Origin: Vicugna vicugna
Taxonomy: Eukaryota
Reading direction: 5' to 3'
DNA length: 64,000 nt
Assembly: GCA_013265495.1 (NCBI GenBank)
Contig: MU058636.1
Span: forward strand, 1,054,001-1,118,000
Each line of letters opens with the position of its first letter. Position 1 is the first letter of the stretch. Below the pieces are notes generated by a model that ran no database searches, was not told the DNA's origin, and saw nothing but the letters and a program-made list of their open reading frames with translations. The position numbers were made by a program, and so were the translations under genes. This document shows, in pieces, positions 48,585 to 61,829 of this stretch.

Positions 48585-51500
48585 CTTTCCTTGGCACTAA
48601 ACATTTATTTCTCATTTTCTCTTTTAAGTTTGTTTAAATCCTGCTTTAAATTCTGGAGGACTCCCAGACGATTCCTGCTGCCAAGTCAGCCGAGGACTTC
48701 TCCCCTCCTGAACGCGGCTGTGTAATTTAGGCTTCCGGGAAAGGAGGTGCTCTCCTTGGGTCACCCCCTCTGCCTCCAGGTACCAGAGGGAACAGCCCCC
48801 TCCACCACCAAGAAACAACCGTGACAGAGACAAAGAAACAGAGCTACGAGGGATAAAAGGAAACGAACCCCAGGACGCCACAACTTGGATACTGAGCCTA
48901 GAGCTGAGCTGTCATCATTACAAGTGTAACTCTTTCTACCGGAAACAACACAAGTTTCTTGGCAGCTAAAAATTTTAATCACATGGAGTAAGATCACCTG
49001 CTACCTTAGGACTGCTGGCAAATGACTGTTTCCATGCTGTTTTCAGTTGCAAAGTTCATCTTACTGCACATATATAAGCATATTATACATACAGAGACAT
49101 ACACACAGATAACAAGACACACGAGCATTTCTTAATCATTAACCCGGTAGAAACAAGACGCTTTGAAGAAACCACATAAACATCCAGAATTCTTCACAAT
49201 TTAAAGTCCACAGAAAGGACATGTTGTAGTCGACTGGAAAATCTCAGTGGAAAGCAGATGTTTTAAAACTAGGAGGCAAAATCAACCATTTACAGGACTT
49301 ACAAGATCATTATGTACTGAGGTAAGTGGGTAACATGAAATTTAAAATAGTAAATGGTCCCGGGCTCAATCTCCAGTACCTCCATTAAAAAAAGAAAAAC
49401 AGTAAATAAATAAACCTAATTTCCCCTCCCCTAAAAATAGTAAAGGAAGGGACAATCTCTGCACAATAAGAGTGCCCTCACGTCTTTAAATTAAAATATT
49501 GCCATGTGTCTCTGGGGGTTGGTCTCGGCTCCAAGTGGAGGAAATGCTTAGGGGAGAGGAGACCTAAGACCCCTTTCACGTAGTAGGACCAAGCTGATAG
49601 TCACATCACATGTAATTTTAAACAGGAACTTTATGTCTTAACTGTGGAACTAAAGCTTTAGTGGCAGTACCATGTTATAAACCTTTTCCTCCCTCTCGGA
49701 TCCAGGGGGGCATCAAAGGCAGCCCCGTGCGGGGAAGGAGAAAGGCAGGGACTTCCGAAAACCTGGGTTCAGAGCCTGGCTTGACCCTTGAAGCTCTGTG
49801 GCCTCGGACCAATTTCTTAGGTTCTCTTAGCCTCAGTTTTCTTAAATTTAGAAGTGTGTGTTTGTGAATACAGGAACAGAGCAGGTAAAGCCCCCAGCAA
49901 GGGGCCGGCACACAACATGTGGTGAAACACAGTACTTCTGCTGATCACTATCATTTTTACTACTAGAGATATGCAAATGGCAACCACCATTTCTACAGAA
50001 ACGTCATTTATTGCTTTCAAGCCTCATTATGGATACTCCCCCGGCCCCCGTCGAAACCAGTCTTACCTTCCTCATTTCTCACATGGGGATGCTATTAACT
50101 TTTAAGTGATTAAAAACATATTCAACATATTCAGCCTACCAACTGCATCCCATGTGGATGGATTTTTTTTAAAGGCATCAGCTTGACGAGGTTGATCATA
50201 CAGTGATATGTACTGAAATCCTTCCCCACTTCTGAAATATTTCAGCCCCTCTCCTGCTTCAGAGTAACCTAAGGGAGGAGGCACAGATTCAAGCCTAGGA
50301 TTTGCTCACGCTTGTGCTATGATTTGAGGGGCGCTGGAGGTGGTATCGGCATGCGGGCTGTTGTACCGGTCCTGAGACCACCACGGGCATAATGTTTGGG
50401 ACAGACCAGCGACGTCAACTTATTACGAATGATTCCCCAAGGGCCCTGAAACACCAGGCTTGGGCTACGCTGATGTGCTGTCCAGAAAGTCTTCCACTGG
50501 TTGTACAGACACAGCCATAAACGCACTGCAAACAGAGGGAAGGTTATCCGTGTCCAGAACGTCTGTCTCGCTAATGGAAGTGACACTCAGACACAACGAT
50601 TTTACAATATATATAAATGAATTCTTCTGTATCATTTCCTGACTAAATCCTTGATCTCTGAAAACAGGCAATATAGTTTTTATTGCATTTAAGTTGTTTT
50701 TTGGTGAAGAGAAAGATTGGAGGTCAAATTTAACTTTTCACAAACAGCCACATGGTCATTCTGGCTGTAAACTTACAGGACAGAGCTGATACACATCACA
50801 ATCAGACGGGTACATTGTTCGCTCACAAATTTAATCAGGAAAATAGGAGACCACCTGTTTCAAATGCACCGATACCACAGACAGTATGAACAGAAATGCT
50901 TGTCTACTATATTTAATTCTGTTTGCTTCCATCAAGAATACCTATTAATATAGTCTTAAATAGAGAGAGGAAAGGTGGTGCTTTTCATATTTTCTGATAG
51001 CTTTCCATGGATTTATTTTTTCAGAATATACTAAAATAATTTTAATCTACTTTTAATAATATTATTCATTTTTTTCTTTTGTTTCCTGAACACAATGAGA
51101 CTGTAGTTTAAAAAACTACCATGGTGTACCTAATCAATCTTACTTCATATGTAAATCAAGACAAATTTCACAATTCATTTTAGAAGGACATATTGAAAAC
51201 CTATATTAAAAAGTGACTCACATTTGATTCTGGATTTACACGGCAACATTTGAAACTAGTGGTCTAGCTGACACAGGCAACCATGCAGAAAGAATTACAA
51301 CATTCACAGAAATACCAAAATAACTCTGGTAAACAGTAATTGCTGAAAGGAAGGAAAGAACGAATAAGAACGGGGGTTCACGGTTTCAATGTTGGTAACT
51401 TATTACTGAGTTCATGTCACTAAACTCAGGTTCCTTCCAAACATAACCATGTAAACGATTTCTGTTGGCTTGAGAGTGACTGCATTCTGGTAGATACACG

Positions 51501-51973
51501 CGGCAGTGAAAATCTACCTTGACATTAAAACAAAAAAGCCTGCAAAAAGTAACTTCTCCATTTTCCTCAATAACTCAGTTTTATTTTAAAGTCCGGTAAA
51601 CTCTGGGACGAGTTTACTTTTTATAATTTCATGGACGCGTCATAGCCCTTCCTTTCCCACCCACTACCAATCCTCCCCACAGAATAGAAAACAAAAACCC
51701 TACCTCCGAAGATTTTTTTTAAAGCCCACCCCCAAAACAAAACAAAATAATATTGAGCAAAGAACTCAACCATTTTTTTTTAAGAGTGAAAACACTAAGA
51801 GCATTATTTTCACTTCAATCACTTAACTCATCTAAACGAACGCTTCACGAGTGCTGAGCTCTCCTATGGCTCAAAGAGAATCCAGCAGAAAGGATTTAAG
51901 GAAAGCATCTCAACAGTTTGGCCAGGCAGTGGGAGTGCTTGGTAAACGCAGTGTCCCCCTGCGTGGAGGGCTG
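48585..51973 (-). other. GPR12: GPR12 3' UTR with candidate poly(A) signals (minus-strand AATAAA at 48604-48609, 50007-50012, 50679-50684, 51580-51585)
   Basis: TTTATT on + strand; largely repeat-poor AT-rich sequence downstream of the stop; distal end inferred. Confidence 0.55.
49355..49433 (+). mobile_element. 5'-truncated Vic-1-like SINE inside the GPR12 3' UTR (antisense to GPR12)
   Basis: GGTCCCGGGCTCAATCTCCAGTACCTCC...TAAACCTAATTTCCCC; target-site duplication AAAATAGTAAA at 49344-49354 and 49434-49444. Confidence 0.75.
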
Positions 51974-52978
51974 CTACACGTCGCTGGGGGACCGCGCTCT
52001 CTGGGAGAGGCTGGACGGGACGCAGCCGCAGCAAATGAGGCAGAGGGCTTTCTGGATCTCTTGGTTTCGGAAAGCATAGATGACAGGGTTGATGATGGAA
52101 TTGTAGGTGGCGGGCAGGAGGGTGGCATAGGTGTAGATGGAGGGGTAGGTGTAATCAGCTATCAAGGAATAGAGGGTGAAAGGCATCCAGCAAGCAGCGA
52201 AGGTCCCCAGGATGATGGCCAGGGTCGAGACCCCCTTCCTGGTGGTCACGTAGTGCGAGGTGGCCAGGAAGTGGTGCTGCAGGGCGATCTGGTGGGCGTG
52301 CCTCATCACGATCTTGCAGATCTGGATGTAGAGCTGGAGCATGAGTGCAAACATGAAGAGGAAGGAGATGGAGAGGACGGCGGCGTTGTTCTTGGTGAGG
52401 GGTCTGACCACACTGCAGGTGGACTCGTCTCGGAGGCAGTTCCAGCCCAGGACGGGCAGCAGTCCCAGGCAGATGGACGTCCCCCAGAGCATGATCAGCA
52501 TGACATAGGTAAATGTGACCGTCCTCTCCGAGTGGTAGGTCAGAGCGTAATACAGGGAGAGGTAGCGGTCCACAGTGATAGCCAGCAAGCTGCAGACAGA
52601 GGCAGAGAAAGAGGCGACAATGAGTCCAACTGTGACCAGCTTGGTGGCTTCTGACTGAAGCAGGTAGGCAAAAACAAAATTGATGATCAGTCCGACGCCG
52701 GCCAGCAGGTCTGCAAGAGCCAGGCTGCCTATCAGCAGGAACATGGGTGCACGCAGGCTGGGGTTATGGAAGATGATAAGGACCACGACGGCATTCTCAC
52801 AGGAGATGAGGGTACCCGAGGTACACAAGACAATGTCCCAGGGGTTGACCATAAGCTCTGGCTCTGGCTCTACAACAGGAACCTGGGAGGAGGCAGCAGC
52901 CGAGACGTTCTCCGCAGCACGGGCATCTAAATAATCCCGAGGCAGCCCGCTTACATTGCCCTTCAGGTCTTCATTCAT
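51974..52978 (-). CDS. GPR12: G protein-coupled receptor 12 (class A, GPR3/6/12 family), 334 aa, intronless CDS
   Basis: MNEDLKGNVSGLPRDYLDA start at 52978; seven hydrophobic segments, LADLLAG, DRY, CWMPF, NPVIY, C-terminal RSPSDV; the ORF-track start at 52999 crosses the predicted splice acceptor. Confidence 0.98.
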   Translation of the reverse strand: MNEDLKGNVSGLPRDYLDARAAENVSAAASSQVPVVEPEPELMVNPWDIVLCTSGTLISCENAVVVLIIFHNPSLRAPMFLLIGSLALADLLAGVGLIINFVFAYLLQSEATKLVTVGLIVASFSASVCSLLAITVDRYLSLYYALTYHSERTVTFTYVMLIMLWGTSICLGLLPVLGWNCLRDESTCSVVRPLTKNNAAVLSISFLFMFALMLQLYIQICKIVMRHAHQIALQHHFLATSHYVTTRKGVSTLAIILGTFAACWMPFTLYSLIADYTYPSIYTYATLLPATYNSIINPVIYAFRNQEIQKALCLICCGCVPSSLSQRARSPSDV

Positions 52979-53229
52979 TTTAACCCCTGTCCTCTTCAAC
53001 GAAAAGACAGGCTGTTTAATGTTTAGATACAGCAGGGAGACAATCCAACATCATGCAAAAAACACACAAACAGAAAGCCAGCCCCCACTCAGATGCTACC
53101 ACCAAATGCCACAAGCTTCGTGAATCACAAACTGATATGAAATAAAACAAAAGCCAAAGTCTCCGTGGTTTAAAACCCACACCACCAACAACAAAAAAAC
53201 GCCGTCTGGCGTTGGGGAAAGCACAGGAC

Positions 53230-54330
53230 TTGAGCACGCGAGCGTGAGCGGGGCAGGCACACCCGGAACCGCGGCGCTCGGTTTGCTTAAGTGCTGGGGA
53301 CACGCACGTGAAAATCCGTCTCGCAGGCTGACAAGGAGCAGCCGCCTGGCATCGGGTCGGCCGCCGGGGGACCCCGCCGCGGGGACAGGTCGCCAGCCGG
53401 GGGCTGCCATCCTCGGTGGAATATTTAAACCGCCCACCTCCCTCGAACTCCCACCCGGCAAGCCAGCCAGCGCGCGTGCACACACTCACACCCCAGCCAG
53501 AACAAAGAGGGGTCCCGGCCTCCCCCGTGTGCACGGGGCGGTCGCGGCAGGGCCACAAAAGGCGTGCGCGCGCGATGGAGGTGTGGACACACAGACACAC
53601 AGATGCCCGTGCACCGCGGCCGCTGCCCTGGCGGCGGGGGCGCGCGGCGGACGCGAGGGGACACACGTGGCGCCGGGACAGGCAGCCCGCGGGGGCGGGG
53701 GCATCAAGGGGGTCACCTTGCGCGCCCAGGCCGGGGGGCTCCTCCGCTGCTCCCGAAGCGCGCGGGCTACCCGTGTCGCATGTCGGCGCCAGCCCGCGGG
53801 GCGAGGGGCGGCGGCTGCGCTCGGGGCTCCGCGGGGGGGACGGGGGCGCACTCCGCGCCAGGTGAGCCGCGNNNNNNNNNNNNNNNNNNNNNNNNNNNNN
53901 NNNNNNNNNNNNNNNNNNNNNNNNNNNNNNNNNNNNNNNNNNNNNNNNNNNNNNNNNNNNNNNNNNNNNNNNNNNNNNNNNNNNNNNNNNNNNNNNNNNN
54001 NNNNNNNNNNNNNNNNNNNNNNNNNNNTGCGCGCGCCGCCGCCGGAGCCCCGGTAGGCTGGCGCGCGCCCCCGGGGCGCGGCGGCGCGGGGCGCGCGGAC
54101 AGGCGCGGGCGCGGGCGCGGAGAGCCCCCCACCATCCTCTGGGAGCGAGAGGACCCGGACACCCGGAACTGCACCGTCACCCTCGCTGCCGCCGCCCTGC
54201 ATCCCACCGGGCAGGCGGTCGGCGCTCGCACCCGCGCGGAGGCGGGGCAGCGCTGCCTGGGAGCCTGGTGACCCATTTCGTTCCTGAGGTCCCGCTAGGG
54301 AGTCCCAGTCTCCAGCGTCCCGCTTCTCCA
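53230..54330. promoter_or_regulatory. GPR12: CpG island / GPR12 promoter region
   Basis: Very high GC and CpG density, GC boxes (GGGGCGGGG, GGGCGG), located at the 5' end of GPR12. Confidence 0.85.
53717..53871 (-). other. GPR12: Putative GPR12 non-coding exon 1; 5' end probably lies in or beyond the N gap; intron ~52994-53716
   Basis: Minus-strand CAAG|GTGACC donor at 53716; acceptor CTGTCTTTTCGTTGAAG|AGGACAGGGGTTAAAATG ~15 nt before the ATG; lies inside the CpG island. Confidence 0.55.
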
Positions 54331-55750
54331 CGCCTTTCCCTAAACTGCTACAGTCTTGGTCAAAAGAATTACGATATTCAAGATTAGCAGCGGGGATGGA
54401 TGTGGGGTGAGCAGATTAGGCAGGCAGATCCTACAGCAGCAAAATGCTCAGCCAGCTTTAAGAACAGCCGTTGACCACATTGCATCCTGATCCCAAAGGA
54501 GCCCCTTCCGTAGTGCGCCCTGGATCTGCCTCACTGTTACTATTCCCCAAGAACATCGGCTTGACTGGATGGACGCTGCTGCTGTGTAAATCACCACTGT
54601 GCTCCTCAGACTGCAATTACTCACTGCTCCTCGAGCTGTGTTTTCAAACGGAAATCATTTACCGAGTTCCTGCAGAAGCAGATGCTGGCCCAAATCCAAT
54701 TCATTTAGGTCCTGAAGTGGCAGTGTTAATTTATTTGTTTTTATTTTAACCCATCAATAGTCTCTAAAATTAAGAACCTGATCTCTGCCTGATTTTATGA
54801 GCCTGTCTCCTCTGGATACAAAAAACAGAGCACTCAGTAGATCTTAAGTTTAAAGATGATCTCTCCGTCTAAAGATGGGAGAAGGAAAAGGCGTGATATT
54901 CTGGTGTTTCCCAGTCAGCAGAGAAGGTTTTCCCAACTACCTTTCCCCACACTCAGGGAGGGGCTCCTGCATGAATAGAGATGGCCTGCAGGATACAGGA
55001 CCCCAAAACTAACTCCTTCCTGCAGAGGCAACATCCTCCAGGACTATTAAAGAGATAACGAAAGCAAGCATCACATAAAGACAGTATTCCGCTTGAGATT
55101 CTGTATGAGAAAGAGAGCTCTGTGGTCAGTGCCTCATTTCTCTATATATTTTTGTGTTGTTAAAATGGTATTAAAAATTTTTAAATTATATGTCTTTTTT
55201 CTGATTGTAAAGTAACACATATTCATTACAGAAATTTTGGAGCCTGAAACTAAGATTAGAAAGTAAAATTACTCTCACTTTTAAGGAGAGGCACTGTGCT
55301 CGTTCTGTCAATACACATTTTTAATGAGTTTATTTGGGTTTTTTTGGTTTTTCTGGTACAGTAACTTGAAGAATTACTTTCAGAAATATTTTATTCTCGT
55401 TGTTGCATGGAACAAAGTTTTTCTTTTTCTTTGGATTCTGAACTGTTGGTTAGTCCGGCCCCTGCCCTGGAATGTGGATGGTCAGGCAGAGACAGTGCTG
55501 TTCCCCCTTGGCCGCTCCTCTGCCCCTCGGCCACCCGGTACGCTGTACACCCCCAGCTCCCACCAGTCTGCTTCCTGCTTTGTTTCTGTCCTCAGCGCTC
55601 ATCACCACTGCTGTGCCGGGTATTTTATTTCTTCACCTTGACTGTGCGGAGATCCCAACCCCGCCCCCAGGTTGTTTCCTTGTGGTTTAACCAAGGCCCT
55701 GGTGCATGTTTTCCTCTGACCCTTAGGGGCCTTAAGCTCATGGTGGGAGA

Positions 55751-56155
55751 GTACTAGTCAGCTCGGGTGGACGTGACCAAATGCCACGGCCTGAGGGGCT
55801 GAAGCAGCAAAAGGTTTATTTCCTCACAGTTCTGGAGGCTAGAAGTTCAAGATCAGAGTCCTGGCAGAGTTCTGTTACTGGTGAGGATCTTCCTTCTGGC
55901 TTGTAGACACCACCTTCTTGGAAGGCCTCACACGCTTGTCCTCCGTGTGGGCACATGTGCCTGTGGAGAGGCCACGCCAGCTCTCTGGTGTCTCTTCTTA
56001 TAAGGACACTAATCCTTTCAGATCAGGGCCCCACCCTTATGACCTCATTTACCTTAATTACTTCCATCAAGGCCCCATTTCCAAATACAGTCACACTGGG
56101 GGCTGGGCCTTCACAATACGCGTGTGTGAGGGGTGCAGACGTTCACTCCACAGCA
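55751..56155 (-). mobile_element. Near-complete MLT1A-C (MaLR) LTR
   Basis: TTTATTTCCTCACAGTTCTGGAGGCTAGAAGTTCAAGATCA...TCTTCTTATAAGGACACTAATCC...CCAAATACAGTCACACTGGGGG. Confidence 0.85.
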
Positions 56156-58879
56156 GGTGACTTGCTTTAAAGCCCAGCGCATTGTCTTATCTTCTTTCTT
56201 GTCTCACTTCTCCACCCCTACCAATGTTTCCTGGGGTCACATCCAAAATTCCTGACGGTAAATCTGCACCTCAGGGCCTGCCTCTGGGGAACCCAAACCA
56301 AGACAGAAAAGCTGAATGTGTTTGTCCTTCTAGGAACATTACAGCCCTTAGGAGCATGTTAGAGGCTAAAGTCTTCAAAAAAAGACACTTCGTTGAGTTC
56401 AAGCCAGGGCTTCACAAACTTTCTCGGCCAGGATCTGCTCCTTAGCCACCCTGGAACACCCCTGAGCGCTTCCAGAATTTACTTGGACATGCTGCTGTAG
56501 GATGGGGAATGCCGGGAGTGCCTGTAGTTGGTTTATTTTACAATTGTTGCTGGGGAAGCAGGGGGCGGTCTGGGTGGACCACAAGTCGAGGACATCCTGA
56601 GTAGAGGATTGAGTGTCAAGACAGAGGTCGGGGCTGCACGGGGAACACTGGCCAGCAGCATGAATGGTTCATCCGAAGGCACTGGACTAGCAGCTACTGG
56701 TACAAGGCCCCAAAGGACAGGGGACCTGACTGCTGCCCTCACCAGGCTCACGGGGGAGTGAGGGGGCAAGGGGGCTGGGCCACAGTTGTCATGGGATACC
56801 TGATGCCACGATCCCACTACGCATGCTCGGTGACTGGCCTCAGGACACTCATGATGGAGAGGAGAAGGGGCTGAGTCTCTAGGTGCTTCAGAGATGCTCA
56901 AGCTCTGGTTGTTGGTTTCAGGATGATGTTTTATCCATCTGTCCCCAGGTTTTTCAGAACTCCAGTCAGCCACCTCTGTGGCCACTAAAAATGCCTCCTC
57001 TGTTTCCTCCAAGACCAATCAGATTAAATGATGTTGAAATAATACCTTTGGTTCAACATCGACTTGCCCCTGTTCACAGTCCAACTGACTTAAAAGTGTT
57101 ATTTATGGGCTGATATTCATTCTATTAAAGTTAAATGGCATGAAATCTGAATTAGCCCAATTGAATTAGTTTCCTTCTCTGGTGTATTTATCCATGACTC
57201 AGAGGAGTCTGGGCGAGGGCCACCTTGGTTTCTTTCACTAAGACACATTCTGCTCCATGCTCCCTAGTTTGGACTCTGAAAGTCCCTCAGGGCCTGGAGG
57301 ATGTGAAGACACCCTAACCGCCCCCCACCCTACTTAACTAGAAAAGGGGAAAAATGGAACCCATTTCACATGGGTTCACAAAGAACCCATGTGAAGCCCT
57401 TGGCACGGGCCTGGTACCCAGCAGGCAAGCTCGAAGTTCCTGGTAGCACGATGCTGTCAGCACTCCCAGGAGCCTCCTTCTGTGCAGACACGAGGAAGCA
57501 GCGCCGGAGGCTGGGCCAGAAACCGGGAGACCCAGATTCTCATCCCTCAGTCGAGGGAAACCCAGGTCTTGTTTTTCCCTCTGTTCCAATTTTCTGATCC
57601 ACAAAGGCAGCCACACCCTTCCAGGCTGGAGGAAGAGCCAGGGGCGGCTGCAGGTGAACCTCTGTGGCCGTGCTCCCTGCTGTAGTGTGAACCCAGCCGG
57701 AGGCCTCGGTGTCCCCAAATGAAGCTGGTTTAGACCCCCAGGATACCAGGACAATGAGTTGGCAGCTTTTCCAATCACACCATTGCTTGAAGGTCTGAAA
57801 GGCCAGTTCTGCCGTCTCTTGCGGCTCAGCCCAGCCCCAAGCCCGTGCTTCCTGTGACCTGTGCTACTGGGACTGTGGTCCAGGGTGGGCGGTGGGGACG
57901 GCGGGAATGACTCCTCACCTGGGACTGAAAGGGGCTGATGTGGGTGAATTTCCTGTTGCCAGTTTCTGGGATCGTGACCCCTACATTTGCAATCCTAAGA
58001 GCCCCTACATTGTTAGAGGCTCTGAAACATCCGGGCAGCAACAGATGAAGATGGGGATGTTCTGCTCGTCCAGTGAGTACAAAAGAGTAGGTATTTTTAG
58101 TAAAACTTTGTTTTAATTCTATATAAACACACATATATACATGTACACATGCAGACTCCGAAGATCAACCCTCTCAGCTGCGGGATGTAGTTGAACAACG
58201 TGACAAACACTGATGTGGTCCATCACCGTCACTTTTCAGAGGAAGACACGCAGGTCCACGTGGATTTACTGCCCGGCTCCCGCTCGCCAGATACGTGTGG
58301 TAGAGGCTGGACTTGTCCTCTGCTCACTGACCCGGAGCATTCTCCTCTCCTGGTTTGGCTCTGTCCATTTCATCATTACAGCGCTGGATTGTCAGAGCTG
58401 GCCCCGTGGGATTCTGTCATCACTAAAAAGTTAGATCTCATTTAGAAAATAGTGTTTATTATTGCAGGAAAGTGGACTAACCCATTTTAGAAAGACTTAC
58501 ATGAGAGCTGACATAAAAGGGGTTTTCTAGTGAATCCATCTTCGGTGAGAAAGGACCTCGTGGATTCACACCATCCCATCTCAGGCTCCGAGGAGTCCAG
58601 TGGACTGTACCTTCTTAGAGCCTCCTGTCCCCCCATCGCATCCTGCCCCAATTCTTTACGTCAACCTGAATCTGGTTTAGAGTTGCCTGGGTGAAGGAAC
58701 ATGATCACTTCCCTGCTGTTCTGGGAAGCATCCCAGTGAAGGGCTGGGTGTTATAGGAACCCCCATTTCAATCCAGTTTCCAGGAAGCATCCTTGGACTC
58801 CCGTGCATATTGTAATAGTCCAGATACTACTGACCAGTTAGATGGGGCTGCCCACCCGACCTCAGTCAGCCAATTATGA

Positions 58880-59830
58880 TGTGTTTTGACCTTTGGAGTC
58901 AAATAGACCTGGGTTCACATCCCAGCTCTGCAACAAAAGGACCTGGACTCTTGGGAAGTCCTATAATCTCATTCACCCCTGTATCTCCATGGTTCATTCA
59001 ACAAATACTTCTTGAGAGCCTACTATGTGCCAAGACAGTGCTGGGAAAAATCAGAGCCAGGCAGCATCTACTCTCATGGAGCTTAAAATACACCAGGGAA
59101 GAGATTCATCTCACAAATAGTAATATAACTATAATTGTAGTGAAATAGCAAAGAAATACCATTGGGTTAATCAAAAAGAAATAGGAAATATCACAGGGCT
59201 ATTCAATGAAGGAAAACCATAGAGTCAATCCATAAAGGAAGATGTCCGGGCACTGTGAGACCAGGACTACCTGGCCTCATTAATCTTGGAGGACAAGAGA
59301 AGCCACGTTGATGGAGTGAATTCTGAAGTGATACCTGAAGAAGGTCACAGCCAGAAGAGTGGTGGGATCGGGGGAGAGCACTCCAGGTGGAGGGCAGCAC
59401 GTGCAAAGGGCCTGAGGTCAGAATCATTGATCCTGTTGACCAGATCTGGAAGAAGAGACTGGTGCCCGTGAGGATCTGAGGACAGGAAAATAAAGCCCAC
59501 GCTACTGTGCTACTGTGAGAATTAAACAAGTTAAGATCCTGAATGCATCTAAAGCTCTTAGAACACACAAAACTAACAGCTATTATGAGGGCAGCCTTTA
59601 ATAATTTACAAACTGCAGTTGGAAGCCCTTGTTTTGGAACACATCAACATTTCTGTGGCCAGTGTTTCTCCCTGGAGAACCTCAGAAAATAGCATCAATA
59701 TCAGCCGCCTGGTTCCCAGGCTCCAAACTGAGGCAGCATCCTTGATTCCTTGCTGTTTCTCAAGGCTCACACTCAGTCCTTCAGCAGGTCCTGTAGCTCC
59801 ACCTCTGACAGAATTCTTCATCCTCACCTC
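58880..59830. mobile_element. MIR and L2 relics
   Basis: TGGAGTCAAATAGACCTGGGTTCA..CCCAGCTCTGC; TTCATTCAACAAATA...CCTACTATGTGCCA; GCAAAGGGCCTGAGG. Confidence 0.6.
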
Positions 59831-60649
59831 ACCCATCTCCGCTCCTGCCCCCCTGGTACCCATCACAGTCTCGGGGAAGGTTTCCTGGGAAACTGGCTAA
59901 GATGAGGGTTTGCCTGCGGGAAGTTTACTGGGATCACCGCTGGTGGGGGAGCAAATAGCAGGACTGGCAGAGGACGGAGAACTGAGGGTGAGTGGTGCCA
60001 GAAGCCTCTGCCAATCCCAGGGGGCACTATGGGGTGGCCCTGGGTTGCCCCCAAATCGAGGTGAGAAGACCACTCCACTCCTCATGGACCCTGGGCGCAG
60101 CAGCTTCCCGAGTGTGGCTCGGCTACGGCTCCTTGGGGGGGAGGATGAGTGTTTGGCCCCAAAGGGGTCTGTTGGCTTCTTCTCGAAGGAGGTTTCCCAG
60201 GAGGGCTGGCAAGATGGCCGCCTACTATTCGGTACCTTCATGCAACTGAACAGTTTGTCAGCAGCTGCGAACAAAGATCCCCGGTTTGGTGGCATCTGCT
60301 TTTATTTATCGCGAAGAGTGTTGTGAAAAAAAATTCCATATAAAACCAGTTGAACCTGTTTCTATAAATGACACCATGTCCTAGTTTTCTTAAAGCTGAG
60401 ATTCACTTTGTTCCCCCCTTTCCAAGTCATCACTGCTGTAAATTCAAAATGTTCATGCGCAAAAACAAACTGTGCAAAGCCCGATGGAAGGCTTTCCTAG
60501 TGGAGGTCATTGATGCTATCGGTGTCTCTTGCATTTTAGTTTCAGGTGTATGTTGATGCCTTGTTCTGTCATTTTGGGGCTCATGTTAGTACTTGAAGCA
60601 AAAAGTATGTCTGCAAAACAAGAGTTATCTTGGTTAGTATTAGCTATTC

Positions 60650-61130
60650 TCTTCTTTATTGTGGTGCAAATACACAATGTGAAATGTACCGTTAAAACAG
60701 TTCTCAAGTGTGTAGTTCTGTGGCATGATTCACATTCACACTGTGGTGCAACCGTCACCACTGTCCATTGCCAGGATCTTTTCATCGTGCAAAACTGAAA
60801 CCCCTTCTCCATTAAACGGCGACACTCCATCCCCCCTCCTCCCGGCACCTGGCAACCACCGTTCTACTTTGGGGGTCTCTGGGTATGATTACTCTAGGTA
60901 CTTCGCATAAACGGAATTGCACAGTATTTGTCTTTCTATGACTGGCTTATTTCATTCAGCATCATGTCCTCAAGCCTCATCCATGCTGTAGACGTGTCAG
61001 CATTTCCTTCCTTTTCAAAGACTGAATAGTTGGTTCCCTTGTGTTCATACACATGCAACTGCTTGCTTAGCCGTTCCCACGGCCGTGGGCGCTTGGGCTG
61101 CCTCCACCTCTGGCTCTTGTGAAAAAGGCC
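60650..61130 (-). mobile_element. L1MA/MB 3' end
   Basis: CCTGGCAACCACCGTTCTACTTT...GACTGGCTTATTTCATTCAGCATCATGTCCTCAAG. Confidence 0.8.
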
Positions 61131-61829
61131 TGGACGCACAAATAAGATGAGCGCTTCTTGAGTGAAATGAGCGAGGCGTGGAGCCACGACCCCAGCTGAG
61201 ATGCAGGATGCGCGTCCTCCAGTGGGTAAAACTTCACCCCCCCACCCCCCGCGCGGAACGGCTGCCTGCGTTCTGCTGGGCTGGGCTGTGGAAATGTTAT
61301 TTCCTGGCATAAACAGTTGTGCATAACCCTGGGTGACTCCAGAAAGTCACCTGCAACCAGAAACTAGTTCTTGTGGAGTCCTGTGAGATGGGTTGGCTGA
61401 CCAGGAACGAATGGCTAATCCTCACTGATTTAACCAATGAATGAAAGGTGGGGGCTTGCTCAGTGCCTCAAGTGTTCTCTTTAGTGTTGGTGCACGAAAC
61501 ACCAGGGGCCCTGTATTTTTTGGTAAATCGCTCAGATTGTGGACTCTGCAAAGCTGCATAAGACACAAACCTGTTTTGTGACGCCTAAAATCTGAGTCTA
61601 GACCACATCTCTCTGTGCCTGAATGTCCTCAGTGCACAAAGCGGGTTGCAGCTACAGCATTGGAAAGTAAAACTAGTCTGACTGTTACGCCTGAGATGTT
61701 TAAGAAGGAAGGAGGAGGAAATTGAGGAAGGACAGGAAAAGGCTGCAATATCAGACCCAAAGCACGAACAAAGGAAGATGTGCACAGAAGGAGGAAAAGA
61801 TGGGGTGAGCCCAAAAACTGGGCAGAAAG

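Noticed and set aside
51851..52654. 267-aa + strand ORF
   Set aside because: Antisense shadow of the GC3-rich GPR12 CDS; no recognisable protein features
52979..52999. N-terminal extension MKRTGVK of GPR12 in the ORF track
   Set aside because: Starts at a non-ATG codon and crosses the predicted splice acceptor; the real start is the ATG at 52978
53016..54331. Several long overlapping Arg/Gly/Ala/Pro-rich ORFs
   Set aside because: Expected from stop-codon scarcity in a CpG island; several run through Ns
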